DNA of 64,000 nt from Mobula birostris (lineage: Eukaryota). Every line of letters starts with the position of its first letter. Within the stretch, counting starts at the first letter, position 1. Shown piece after piece: positions 12,675 to 25,733 of the stretch. A program made the position numbers and the translations under genes. Where the stretch lies: positions 13,999,180 to 14,063,179 of the forward strand of contig NC_092389.1 of NCBI RefSeq assembly GCF_030028105.1, given 5' to 3'. The notes under the pieces are model-generated. The model searched no databases, was not told where the DNA came from, and worked only from the letters and a program-made list of their open reading frames with translations.

Positions 12675-13738
12675 TATAAAATGATATATACAGTTTGATG
12701 AAGTAATCCTGTTCGTTTAAATAATTAATTACGGTTTCATGTAAAAATGCATTAATTGTAACTGTCATCACGCTATCACGTGATACAAGAGCGCCTCGCT
12801 TAAAGGCAAAGCGAGACCTATATTTCGGACTCTGTATCTTCCTTTGAATTACTTCAAGTTTTGAAGTTAGAAAACATAACGGTGCTGATTAGGTATTTTA
12901 AAACGAACCCGAGACCTCTACCAACCTGTTAAGCGTAGCGGGCCGTTCAAAATAAAGTAAACACAGCAGGTGCACCGTCGAGTGAAAACCCACCCCAACG
13001 TGAGGAGAGACGGCCGAATTTAAAGCGAATGCAGCCAGCACGTGCTTTTCGGAAGGGAACACACGATCGAGGTTTTTTTAAAATGGAGTAAACGGAAGAA
13101 CTTGGGGATCATAAACTGTGAGTAGCGAGTGATACTACGCATTAAAAAATCAGAAATGGCTGGTTGCTTCGGAAAGATTGACGAGTTTGATTGCTCAAAT
13201 GGCTCATGTACTGAACTATTGGGACAGTATTTTGATGCAAATGAAATAGCCAATGAGAAGCGAGTGCCAGTTTTGCTAAATGTATTGAGTTTAAAGGCAT
13301 ACAGTTTTCTTCGACGTTTGACTGCTCCGACCAAACTATCAAGTCTGAGTTTTGCCGCTATTGTAAAAGTGATGCAGGAACACTGAGAACCCAGGCCATT
13401 GTTTATTGCAGAACACTTTAGGTTTCATAAGCAGAATCAAAAAGAAGGGGAGCCCATTTTGGCATGGGTGGCTGAATTGAAGAGACTGCCTTCCATAATG
13501 GGCTTAATGATGCACTGAGAGATTGCTTAGTTTGTGAAATCTAAAAGAAAGTATTCATCAGCAGCTCCTAACTGAGGCGCAGCTTACGTTCCAATGAGCA
13601 GTGGAAATCACTGTTTCATTGGAAACCGCAGAAAAACAATTGAGTTGCAATCAGGAATGAAAGTGAGCATGAAGAATACTGAGATGCTGCAGTTGAAAAC
13701 AGCCTGGCTGACCAAATTATGTTATTGTGGCAGTGGAA
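12493..13738 (+). mobile_element. Ty3/Gypsy remnant, duplicate of 4768-6015
   Basis: Copy within the second tandem unit. Confidence 0.75.
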
Positions 13739-14392
13739 TAGTTGAGAAGGAAAATAAATCAGCCATGATTGAATGCTGAAGCAGATTTGATGTGTCAAAT
13801 GGCCTAATTCTGTTCCTATGTCTTACGGATCTTGCACTCCAGACATTGAAGTTAGCAGGTTCAGTGGCCTGCTGAAATGACCTGTTCAATAATACATACA
13901 GGATTGAAGTTATGTTAGAATCTTTGAAACACTGATTGAATTACTGATGTTAAGTATGGTCGAAAGACTTTATGAAGGCTGTCCAAGCTGCAGAAGGAGC
14001 AGATTTCCATCAAAGATATGGCAGAATAGGGCAGGTGTGATTTCAATAAGTATCTCCAAAAATTGCGTTGCACCAATGCTTGTCAGAGATATTTGCAGTA
14101 ATTGGGGAAACGTGTGGGAAAATGGGATGTAGTGGGTTGGATGAATTGCTTTGTTTTGTGCAGTATGATTTACATAGTTCTAGTGATAACTATTTTTGAC
14201 CATGTAAAACTTCTCAGATATTAAAGTTTTATTGCAGGTATTTTATAGTTCACACTCCAAAATTTCAGTATTTGATTTTAATACTTTTCAGTCGAAAAAC
14301 AATAAATAATTTTGACATATTACCATTTGAGACAGCAAGAGGACCCCTGAGTCTTGACACACAGTTTGATAGAGCCACATTCTACATCTCAA

Positions 14393-16653
14393 TTAGTTCT
14401 GCAGATGCTGCCAGAAGTTGCCCCATAAAGTGGTGAGCTGGGTCTGAAGATCCTGCTGAACATTGCCTCCATTCAGGACAAGTCTCTCCTGCATCTCCTT
14501 CACATTCTGACTGATGATTTGTTTCAGCTGCTCAGTGTAGGGAGCCAGGTTCTGATGGAACTCCTCGATTCCCTGGTTAACGTTGGTGTTGAAATTTTCA
14601 ATGAATGGGCCCAGGTTCTGGTCCATGTTCTCGTTAAGTTTAGCCTTCAGTTCGACGATGTAAGGGTTCAGCCTTTGGTTCAGAACATCCACATGCTCAT
14701 TGACTTTTGCCTGGAGCTTCTCGGCATATGGTTCAACTATCTGGGACATTTCTCCAATTTGTTGGTTCATCTTGATCTGGAGATCCTTGGCATAGGGGGC
14801 CAAGCTATTGCGAAGCTCCTGGACATTCTCATTAAACCTGGAGCGGAATTCAGCAGCTTTGGCAGCCACATCCTGCCTGAGGGTGTCCATGTTTTCATCA
14901 ATCTTCATCTGGAGCTCCTCAGCATAGGGAGTCAGGACTTCCCTCAGGTTCTCTGTGCTCACTTCCAATCTGGCCTGTAGCTCTTCAGTAAAGGGAGTCA
15001 ACTTCTGCCGAAGTTCCTCTGCATTCTTATGCAGCTGTTGGCCCAGGTCTTCAGCAAAAGGGGTCAACTTCTGATGAAATTCTTCAATGTTCCTGCTGAT
15101 CTTCCGATGAACTCCATCAGCAAAGGGAGCAAGTTTCTCCCTCAGGTCTTCCAGCTGTTCTCTTATCTGCTGGCGAAGGCTCTCAATGTCGACTGTCATC
15201 TTCTCATGAAGACCATCGGTGTAAGGAGCCAACTTCTGTCGGAGATCCTCAGCATAGTCATTGACAGTCTGCAGATTATCCTGAATAAGGCGACTGGAAA
15301 AGAAGAGACAGTTGTTTCTTATTCTCGTTACAGGAAAGAGATACATTTAGACAGAGCTACGTACAAGGCTGGTTCTGAAACAAATGTACACTGGAAAGGA
15401 GAGCTTCTAAAGGACATTTTGGATCACAAAATCTTCTAAGGATAACTGTAGATGTTCATTGCAGAGGGAGGATGTGAGTCACACAATAGTTTTCATTCAA
15501 TCTATTATTACCTATCTGTTAAGTTTTGCTGGGTATCTGTTCCACAAGCCCTGATGAGTTTACCCCTTTTATCATTTATTCTCATTCTTGTTTGTTTTTA
15601 AACTTGCTGAGGAACCTTCACTTTAATATTACAGCACAGTGGTTATGTTCCTGGTAAAACCAATCTACAAAACCATGACGATTAATCTGAAATAATGAAT
15701 TCAGCTCCTCGTGAAAAACACTTACATTAGAGTAGATAAATAATACATCTGGAATTCAAGATATCACTCTTGTTATAGCAGATTGACTGTGTTATTATAG
15801 AAGTCCATAATGTCCTTAAGGGAAGGAAATCTGTGTCCATAGTTGAGACTTCACTGGCATCTTAAACTGGTCAATTAACAAATAGAGCTGGACAATAATG
15901 TTGGTGGGGATCAGATTCTATAAAATAATTGTAAAGAACCTCTCGGACTGTTGCAGTGCTCCAGTCCTAAGGCATGCCTGGCCAGCTCCTTGCTCAATAG
16001 ACGTTGCTGATCTATTCTTAGTACCCATTAAAACCCCAAATGCTCACTTGAGTTGCTGTCCGATTTCTGAGCTCTGGATCAGCTCGACACTATCCTGGGC
16101 TTCCTCAGTCATTTGGCTGATGTAATTCCAGAAGGCATCTCGAACCTGATCTCCATTGCTCTCAGCCCGACAGCCTATGGGAAGGAAAATTTGAGGTGAT
16201 CAGGGTAGGAACACAGCAGAAACATTCCGCAACATCTACTGTTCATTCAACCAAATGATGCGTAACAAGACTTCACTCTGTATCTTGCTGATCACTCCTC
16301 TTTGGGGGTATACTGTAGCTGAATGAGTCATTGAGTAAAATCCCAGGTCTTTGATTATTTGTAACGGGGACTTACAACAAACCCAGTAAGGGGAGGAACA
16401 AGTTGCACCCAGGAGCCGATGTGTGGAGGAATGGACAATGCAAGGGGCTCCAGAATTCAGATCAGAGCTAAAATCAGGTGCACATCAGTGAAGTGAAGCT
16501 AGTGCGTCCAAGGTCAATCAAGAACCAGCTTTGAAGACTGGAAATGGCAATAAAACCCAGTCATCGTCTCAGAATAAGAGAACAGGAATATTTGAATCTC
16601 ATACCTGTGAGAAAGGCAGCAGCCAGAAGCAGGAGGATTGCTTTGGGAAACAT
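14393..16653 (-). CDS. APOA4: Apolipoprotein A-IV-like gene copy C, complete: join(16653-16605, 16174-16048, 15293-14393), 358 aa
   Basis: Same exon structure and splice sites as copy B. The protein differs from B by one S/T in exon 3. AATAAA at 14233-14228. Confidence 0.9.
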
Positions 16654-17466
16654 GGTGGTGTTCTCAAATGATATTGAGTATGGCAGATTATTTCTATGTC
16701 CCTTTGCAGTCAATCTATGGAAAAAAAAATAACGATCAAAGTTATTCCAGAGTTTAAACCCAGATGGAAAATCTACCCGAGTATTATTGCCCCCTTCTGA
16801 ACTCTATTTGTTATACATGAAGTCAGCATCCAGCCCTTTGAACCTGTTCAGTTATTGAGATCAAAGCTGATCATTGAGCTCACCACCATTTTCCTGCACT
16901 GTATCAATATCACTAGGTTCCCATGGCAACCAGAAATATATCCGTATCTGCTTTGAATGAGCTCAGGGGCTGAGCCCTCCAGACTTCCAAAGTCCTGCTG
17001 ACCTCTAATTTACAATATTCCTTCTTTTTGATGTCCTTAATGGCACACCCCTTGATCTGAAACTCTGACCCCACCCCGGGATCCTAAACTCTTCAGCCAG
17101 AGAAAGTATCCTCTATACATCTAGCCTGTGACGTGTCAGTAATAAAACCATAAATCACAGGAGCAGAATTGAGCCTTTTGTCCCATCGAATTTGCTCGTC
17201 CATTCAGTCAAAACTGATTTATTTTCTCTCTCAGCCCCGTTCTCTTACATTCTCCCCATAAACTTTGATCCCATACTAATGAAGAACCTATCAAACTCCC
17301 AGTTAATTATACCCTGTAACATTACAGAAACATAGAAAGCTGTTCTTTAGTTTCTATGCATTGACCAATTGCCTGATCAGTGAAGCTGTCCATAGACAGT
17401 AGTTAAAAGGATAAGCAGGCAAGCTCGCTGCGGTGGAGGAAAGTGAGCATCAGGGCTCCTCTCACC

Positions 17467-17720
17467 TGTTTCTGCTGTGTTCTTCCAGGAGATCTGTGTG
17501 CAGCCCACAGATGCTCACTCTATATAAGGGCACCTTATCAGCAGCTGATAACAAAGTTGGTACATTTGTGTTCGACTCGTGGACTTTCCCTGAAAACCAG
17601 GAGAATGTGGAGCTTCCAACAAGAATGTTACTCTGAACTGCTGCCTTCACCATGACTCCAACTCAACCTGAGAGGGCAAATTCCATTCAAGATTAATTTT
17701 TCATTCCAAAGGCCATGGTT
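17467..17720 (-). promoter_or_regulatory. Promoter and non-coding exon 1 of apo copy C (single TATA/GATA module)
   Basis: One copy of CACTCTATATAAGGGCACCTTATCAGCAGCTGATAACAAAGTT followed by the same DR1-like sites. Confidence 0.7.
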
Positions 17721-20129
17721 TGTTACCTCTGTAACATTAGATCACTCTATGGACTTGGGGTGAGGTATTTTTAATGACAGGGAGAGTCTGTCATCATTGG
17801 CAGCAGGTTAGGTAACCTGAGACATTGATTCGAGGTCATCAGCAAAGGAAACAGATGGGAGATGTAGGAATAATGAGTTGCTGGCATCTGGAATGAATCT
17901 TGTGGAGTGGATGGAAAGAGTCTCCCCTTGCCTCCGCAGATAGATCGAGAGGAAGCAAGTTGTAAGCCATGTGGAAAGTGTGATAATTTGAATTAATTCC
18001 TTAGACAGAAATGCTGGGCCTAACAAGGTCCTGTCTGAGATAAAAGAATCTATGATTTTGTTACGTTTTACCTGCTAAGGCCTTAAAATTTCCCCATGTG
18101 AACATATTCACACAAGACGATCACTGTTGCTTAAGCCTGCGACCTCATGGTCACAGAGTCACACAGCACAGAAACAGGCCTTTGGCCAATGGAGTCCTTG
18201 ACAAACAACAGTCTACATTAACACTATATTAACTGCATTTTTAAATTCTTCCCACATTCCATTCAAATCTCCCCATATTCTAACCATCTATCGGCAATTT
18301 ACAATGTCCAATAACCTACCAACCTGTCTGACTTTGAGGTGTGTGAGGAAAAGGAGCATTTGAAGAAAACCCACTTTGCTTCATGTACAACGTGCAAACT
18401 GCACACAGAGCCCTGAGTCCACTGCGAATCCAATGGGGAAAACAAAGCCCAGTGTCTGTGAATCTACAAGTTCACTGGACGCTGGAGGCCCAGAGGCCTG
18501 TCCTGGGGTTGGGCAACGGTTTGTTTGTGTGTGTGGGAGGGAGGAACAGGGATTGTTTTGCTGTAGTTGTTTAGTTGCTTGTGTGTTTTGTCTTGCTCTG
18601 CCGAGCGTTGTGGGCATGTTGTGTTGGTGTTGGAATGCATAGCGACACTTGCAGGCTGCCGTAGATTGTGTTGGCTGTTAACAGAAATGTCTGTTTTGAT
18701 CTACACATGATATATAGATGGATCTGAAGCTGACAGTGCCCAAGGTCAGGGTTGAACCCAGATGGGGACACTGTGGGACAGTAGCTCCACTCAATGCAGA
18801 GTTGACCTGTTAATACTGTGTCAAGTGGCTGATGCCTTTTGTGAGTCATTGGCAAGGCTGCAAAAAGTATGGGACGTGACGCTAAATGAGTTTGGGGAAA
18901 CTGAAAGTGTGGCACTGCGTCCAGACATCAAATTACATGAACAGGTTGTTCAGGTAAATGATACTTGAGGAAAATGGTAGACTGGAGTATGGCTGGATAT
19001 ATTGGAAGGTTAAATTGTGACAAGACGCAGGATTGTTTAATGCATACTTGAAGCAAATGGAGATTTTTTCCCCCTGCGGTAATGATATTATAGTGCAGCG
19101 GAAAGAGGAGAAAATGAGCAGAACAGGGCGATTTACTCAAGAAAGAAAACTAGTATGTAGAAATTAATTTGAACAGTGGTATTTCATTTATTGGTAGGTA
19201 TTTGATCTACTCACTGAGGCAGTTACGATATTAGGCACTCACTTTAATCCAGTGCCTTCAGAAACTGTCTAAAGCTATAAATCTGGTAACTAAAACTAAG
19301 AGCCAATCGAAGGAAGGAATTGGAGAAATCATCACTGAATGGAATAACCTGCAAATTGCTAATTGTGGAATCCTCTGAGATTTAGCAGTTATCTGTACAC
19401 TTACACTTGATCTCACTGAGGCTCACACTGAATATCATGTGTAAAATTAGCATTTCTGTGAAAAAACTATCAAAAACCACGAGGGAATTTTGTTCTTTGC
19501 TAGATGCAGATATGAATGTATGTACTGCATGTAAACAAACTGACTGGGCAAAGTAAGTATCTTTTTCAGTGGGACTTGGTCATGTGAAAGTCAGGAAGCC
19601 ACAGTACTGTTGTCAAGGCAACCATTCAGATCAAATACACATTCAAGTCAGCTTATTGCTTGAACTGAACAAAGTGGGACAAATGGTACAAGTCTGCAAG
19701 TTGATAAACTGATAAAGTGCCACATCAAATATTACTGTGAAAATAAAATTTACTGGCAGAAGAGGTAATGTTTCATATAGAAAACAGGATAGTTAACAGA
19801 AAAAGCCAAGAGTTCGCATAAATGGTACTTTTCTGGTCAGAAGGATGAAATGGCTTGTGTGTCTCAGTGTGTCTTAAAACGAGTACAACTGGCCTGGATA
19901 AAGTTACGGTGTTAAATTTGTCAGTGACACAACTGGTGTGAAAGCAAGTTGTGAAGAGGATGTAAGAGGTGACAAAATGTATGGTGGAAATTGTGGTATC
20001 GTCCTTTTTAGTAGGAAAAATAAAAGCTATGCAGTACACGATGTACTTGGTGGGTTTTGGTGATACAGAAGGATCTTGGTGTCCTAGAGCATGGATCAGA
20101 AAAGATGAAAATAAAGCTACAGCCAATAA

Positions 20130-20480
20130 ATAAGAACATAGAAATCTACAGCACATTACAGGCCCTTCAGCCCATAATGTTGTGCCGACCACGTAACCTA
20201 CTCTAGAAACTGCCTAGGATTACCATAGCCCGCTATTTCTCTCAGCTCCATGTACCTAAGAGTGTCTTGAAACACCCTATTGTATCCGCCTCCACCACCG
20301 TCGCTGACAGAGTGCATTCCACACACCTACCACTCTGTGTGGAAAAACTTGCCCCTGACATTCCCTCTGTACCTACTTCCAAGCACCTTAAAACTATGCC
20401 CCTCGTGCTAGTCATTTCAGCCCTGAGGAAAATCCTCTGGCTATCCACACGATCAATGCCTCTTATCATCTTATACACCT
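20130..20480 (-). mobile_element. CR1 LINE 3' fragment
   Basis: YKMIRGIDRVDSQRIF..TRG; 3' tail TTTCTATGTTCT. Same family as 36190-36825. Confidence 0.8.
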
Positions 20481-20864
20481 GAGAAAGCTCATAAAATGGA
20501 GCATTATTTATTGTCAGAGGGGTTACATTCCCTAGTGGGCAGATTATTCTTCAGTTACATGGGGTATGAGTGAGACCACATCTGGAATGGTGTGCATAGT
20601 TCAATTAAACAAGGACAGGAGCTGCTCAGTGGAGACAATATCTGAAATGGGTGGGTTGTTTCATGAGGAAAGACTGAACCGGTTATCTTTTGTGTGTGCA
20701 CTTTAGAAAACTGAGAGGTGGCCTGATTGAAACATATAAGGGATCTTGACAGGATAAATGGGAGAGGATATTTTTGCCTTATGGGATATCTGGAACTGGA
20801 ATTAGTGTTAGAATAAGGGTTTTGTCTTAGCGGATTTTGAATCTTTAGAGTTCTCTTCTTCAAA

Positions 20865-22855
20865 TAGTGGTTGCTGCCACTTGCCCCTGGTTTGCTGTGG
20901 GCCACTGTGGGTTGTGCTGCACTAACGCGGGCCGCTGTGAGATCGATGGTGGCTGTTGCTGCCCCCAACGCGTCTGCATCCTGGAGCTTCCCTGGCGGAG
21001 ACTGTGGTTTCTGCACGGAGGTAGAGAGTTGCCCCTGGCACATCCACACATGCCCTCCCCCCCCAGTGGGACAGCAGGTCCAGCCAATTATGCAGGACTC
21101 CTAGAAGTCAGCTGGCCACACCTCATGCTTCACTGTGTTTTTCCCCACTGCGATGCGCAGCCACCTCTTTCTTCACATCGCCGCACAGTCACCTGTGACC
21201 GTAGCCAGCTGGACCGCCATCATTGTACACGCAGGCAGGATTGGCTGGTCCCTGCTGGGGAGGACTCCGGGGCAGATGATGGTGCTGGTCGACTCCGTGC
21301 CTACTGATGCACGGCATCTGATGCCCTCCACCATGCAGTCTACGTACAAGCCATGCTCTTCACCCAAATGGCCCACCCGGAGAGGCAACAATGGAAGGAT
21401 TCTGCTGGAAGTCTCAAGTATTGCCACCCACTTGGCATTTCCCATTGGCTGCACTGGGCTGCGGTATGGCGCTGGTGCTGGGCAATTCCTGGCCACGTGG
21501 CCTGCCTTGCCACATTGGTAGCAGAGATCGTTCCGTGGCCTATGGCAGGGTCTGCACAGCGCTGGTTATACCTGTCTCACTGGCTCCTGCTTGCCTGTTT
21601 CCTCCTCTGCCTTGGTGACAGAAGCCTGGGCTCGTGGTGTGCGGGGTGATGCTGGAACACTTTGGGGGCTAAAATTGGTTTAGCCCTCTCTGCCTTTGCT
21701 GGTGCTTTGCTTCTGAATGCACTTGGGTATCAGCACCTTTAGAAAGGTGTGAAGGGCAAACTCTTTCTGGGTTGCAGGAGGGAACTGGGGGTAGCCATGC
21801 CAAGCACAGTGGTGGAGATCTGCTGCAAGTGCCCCCAGGCTTTCTCTCACATGGTTCTGCCTGCTGCCCAGTTCTTCCCTCAATGCTTCCTCCAATGGCC
21901 TCAGCTCGAAACACCATCTCAGCACCATGATAAGGGCCCTGTAGTTACGCTGCTCAGCCGATATTAGGTCGAGGAGGGCCCGCAGGGCATCCCCTCCAGC
22001 GCCAGGGCAAGGTGTACTGTCGTCTTGGTGGGGCTCCATCTGCTGTGCCATGTCGTAAGTTTCACTTGTGCCATGTAAGGCTCCAAGTGGCTGGTACCAT
22101 TGTATCTGGGAGCTTCATGATGGACCTTGTGGTGTGAACTCCTGAGGCCATGTGGTTGTCCTCTTGTTCCAGGGGCATCAGTGGTGCCTGCCATATTGCC
22201 CGTCCTTCCATGGCTGTAACGTCTTGGGTTCTGCATGGGCTGAGAGTGAGGCAGGTGATATGCTCCACTGTGTGCCCCAGAGTTTGGAGCCTGGGTACGC
22301 TCGCCCCATCGGGGATCCTTGGAAAAGCACCATGCTCGGTTCCCAAGTCCTCCCTCCGGATCTGCGTCCCGTCTTCGAGAGCCTGGCCTGAGGGTGCGGG
22401 GGAGGCATACTACTCGGTCCTTCGACTTATTCCCCAGATTTTAAGGCGTTCTATTTGACGTTGTAGTTCTTCAATCTCGCCGTCAATTTCTAATCCCACT
22501 CCTGACACCAGCGAGGTGAGCGTTCGGTCCATGATGACAGATGAGAAATGCTCAACTGCCAGTTTTATTGCGACAAGCAGAAAAACTGACCAGGCACTAT
22601 GGCCCGGGGAGAGAAGCCACTCAATCACACACAGACAGGGGAGGTGATTATTACAAACCCTGGTTACTGTCAGGGTGACTCACAAACGCACATTAGAATA
22701 ACCCGAGCTGAAAGGTAACAATAAATTAACTTGAACATCCCACTATAATCCCACGAAAGCATTTTAAACAAGTACAATAAATAGTGCTGGCTGCTAGGAG
22801 TTCTGGCCAGGACCACATGCCCCCCCGCCCCACCCACCACGACCAGAGCGCGACA
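20865..22855 (-). mobile_element. Ty3/Gypsy LTR element remnant: 5' LTR (~22855-22511), tRNA-Leu PBS, degenerate gag and protease
   Basis: GC-rich island. PBS TGGTGTCAGGAGTGGGATT at 22510-22492. Gag-like PRYNGTSHLEPYMAQVKL..W...VHLALALEG / ALRALLDL..EQRNYRAL. Protease-like LYVDCMVEGIRCRASVGTESTSTII (decayed ALVDTGS). Confidence 0.75.
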
Positions 22856-24624
22856 ATATATTTAACAGAACACTATGAGTACTAATGATAACACTCCACC
22901 ACCGTCCCACAGAAAGGACGTAAACATATGAAGCAATCACAGAGGTGTAGTCTGCTCAATACTGAAATGAGTGACTAAGAAATAGTAACCTTCCCAAATC
23001 TAAGAAACTTTGGAAAATTAAAACGATTGTATCAATTCTCACTTGCCACTTCTTTCAAGACTCTTGACAGAACCAGATCATTTCAGCTTTGAGGAGAGAA
23101 GCTTGGGTTGTTTTCTTTGGGAATTGACTGAGGGGTGTAAAATTATGAGGATCTACAGTAAAGAGGTAGGACCGATTTTTTTTTTTTCTTTTTTTTTCTT
23201 CAAAGAGCAACAAAAGCCAAGTGGCATAGAGGGGAGATGAGAAATGGTTTTCACCTCGAAGGTGTTAAGTGTCTCGAACTCGCTGTCCAAAAGGGTAACA
23301 GAAGGAGAAACCCTCTTTATATTGAAAAACTACTTGATTTACACTGGCGAGTGTTATGGACCTTCTCTCTTGGATTAGGCTGCTTCACAATGGTTTGGCT
23401 ACAACAGAACGGCCTGGGGGAATTAACAGGATACTATTGCCTGATTCTGTCCTTAGCTTTGGCACAAGTGAGTTGAGACGTCAAACTGTGATCACATTTA
23501 TGACTGCAGAAATCCCAATCTGACCTTCTAAGTCTTAAATTAACCGTCACTATGGGCTTGTGCCCTTTCTACCTTCAACTCATGTGGCTGAGTCATTACT
23601 AGTGTCATGGACTTGGCTCTGGGTAACTTGCCTGAAGAATTATTCTGTTCTCTGGTGCTCAAAGCTGAACATCACTTAAAATCGATGATGTATTTAGGGC
23701 GGGAACCCATGACTCTGATATAGCAGTAGATATGGAAAATTCCACTGACGTGGAAGTAGAAGCTCCAGGGTCAAACCCGGCAAAGTACCGAGGGAAAAAC
23801 CAAAGTTATAAGCCTGAAGGTAGAAGTAGGGGCTCAAAATAGTCATGGGAGTCCGTAGGAATCATGAAGACATGGGTCACCAGGGTGAGAAATCTGTGCA
23901 AGTCTGTAAGTTGAGATTTGAAGGTCAAACCCATGATCAGTGTCCTGTGAAGTCTGAAGTTGGAGGCCCGATGCCTGTGAGTCTGAGAATCCAGAGACAA
24001 GGCCTGGTGGCCCAAGGGTGAACTACTCTGGGTTTGGAGGCCTGTCAGGGTGTGTGAATGGGTGAGATGGATAGAAAAGGGGTTTGTTTTGTTGCTATTG
24101 TCTCTTCTAATTTGCTGTCGTTGCTCCTTGTGTTATTTATTGGAACGTTGTGTGCCACTGGTGTTAGTGATGAATTGTGTGGAAACACTTGGTGGGCTGC
24201 CCCAGCACACCCTTGGGTTGTGTTCGTTGTTAACACAAATGTGATAAATAAATCTGAATCTGTATCTGTCTCTCTTGAAATGACTTCTTTTCTGCTCCAC
24301 TGGATTATCTGCATCCTTAAACTCTCTGTTTGTACTTGCTCCAATTCCATCGATTCTCACTCTCTGATCTTTTAATTGCACCTAGACACCTTATTCCTTG
24401 CGCTGAGCATAAACTCGTTCCCACTGTCCAGTCCCTGATCGTAGTTATCTTCAGGCTTTCAACAAGCTTGTAATAAGCAGCTGGCATGAATGGGTAAGTG
24501 TTAATCAGAGATCCACAGTCACCTGCACAGAACATATGGTCATAATATCAGGTACCCAAACATGGTTCTGGTGTGGTGTGGGACAGTGTGTATACAGATA
24601 TGGTGTGTATGTATGGGTTTGGGC

Positions 24625-25148
24625 CCTGTATTTAGAAAAGGATGTGCTGGCAGTTGGAGAGGGTCCTGAGGAGGTTCACAAGAATGATCCTGGGAATGAA
24701 AGTGCTAACTTATGAGGAGCGTTTGATGGCTTTGGACCTGTACTCACTGGAGTTCAGAAGATTGCGGGGGAATCTGATTGAAATCTAACAAATATTGCAA
24801 GACTTAAAGGGAGTGCTTCTGAAGTGGATGTTTCCAATTGTCGAAGACTCTAGAACCAAAGGGCACAGACTCAGAATAGAAGGACATCCCTTTAGAACAG
24901 AGATGAGGAGGAATATCTTCAGCCATAGGGTGGTTAATCTGTGGAATTCATTACCACATGCAGGTATGGAGGCCAAGTAATTGGGAATATTTAAAGTGGA
25001 GGTAGGTCAATTCTTTATTAGTAGCTGTGTCAAAGGTTTCAGGGAGAAGGCAGGAGAATCAGGTGAGAAGGAAAATAAATCGGCCATGATTGAATGCTGA
25101 AGCAGATTTGATGTGCCAAATGGCCTAATTCTGTTCCTATGTCTTACG
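24625..25148 (+). mobile_element. CR1 LINE 3' fragment
   Basis: [43 protein letters not shown], followed by a CR1 3' UTR. Confidence 0.85.
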
Positions 25149-25733
25149 GATCTTGCACTCCAGACATTGAAGTTAGCAGGTTCAGTGGCCTGCTGAAATG
25201 ACCTGTTCAATAATACATACAGGATTGAAGTTATGTTAGAATCTTTGAAACACTGATTGAATTACTGATGTTAAGTATGGTCGAAAGACTTTATGAAGGC
25301 TGTCCAAGCTGCAGAAGGAGCAGATTTCCATCAAAGATATGGCAGAATAGGGCAGGTGTGATTTCAATAAGTATCCCCAAAAATTGCATTGTACCAATGC
25401 TTGTCAGAAATACTTGCAGTAATTGGGGAAACGTGTGGGAAAATGGGATGTAGTGGGTTGGATGAATTAGATGAATTGCTTTGTTTTGTGCAGTATGATT
25501 TACATAGTTCTAGTGATAACTATTTTCGACCATTAGTAAAGCAAGGAAAACTTCTCAGATATTAAAGCTTTATTGCAGGTATTTTATAGTTCACGCTCCA
25601 AAATTTCAGTAATTGATTTTAATACTTTTCAGTCGAAAAACAATAAATACTTTCAGCATATTACCATTTGAGACAGCAAGAGGACCCCTGAGTCTTGACA
25701 CACAGTTTGACAGAGCCACATTCTACATCTCAA

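Larger units (their letters stand above)
1..16690. repeat. Young tandem segmental duplication, unit ~7.72 kb, at least 2.2 units visible, each carrying one apolipoprotein gene
   Basis: Identical ORFs recur at offsets 7725 and 7723 (450/8175/15898, 6670/14393). Only scattered substitutions and a 2-bp (TA)n length change distinguish the units. Identity drops after ~16690. Confidence 0.97.

Noticed and set aside
22492-22510. tRNA gene (also the tRNA-like heads at ~29020, ~29965 and ~44155)
   Set aside because: Only a 19-nt 3' end including CCA, which is a PBS. The others are SINE heads without a cloverleaf.
20555-22628. Dense cluster of overlapping ORFs as a host gene
   Set aside because: High GC content and frameshifted Gypsy gag and protease remnants explain them.
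18774-24064. A hidden small apolipoprotein gene (APOC3- or APOA1-like) in the C-D spacer
   Set aside because: I found no signal-peptide exon or amphipathic repeat exon. The segment is mostly old CR1, Gypsy and other repeats, though a short divergent gene cannot be excluded by eye.
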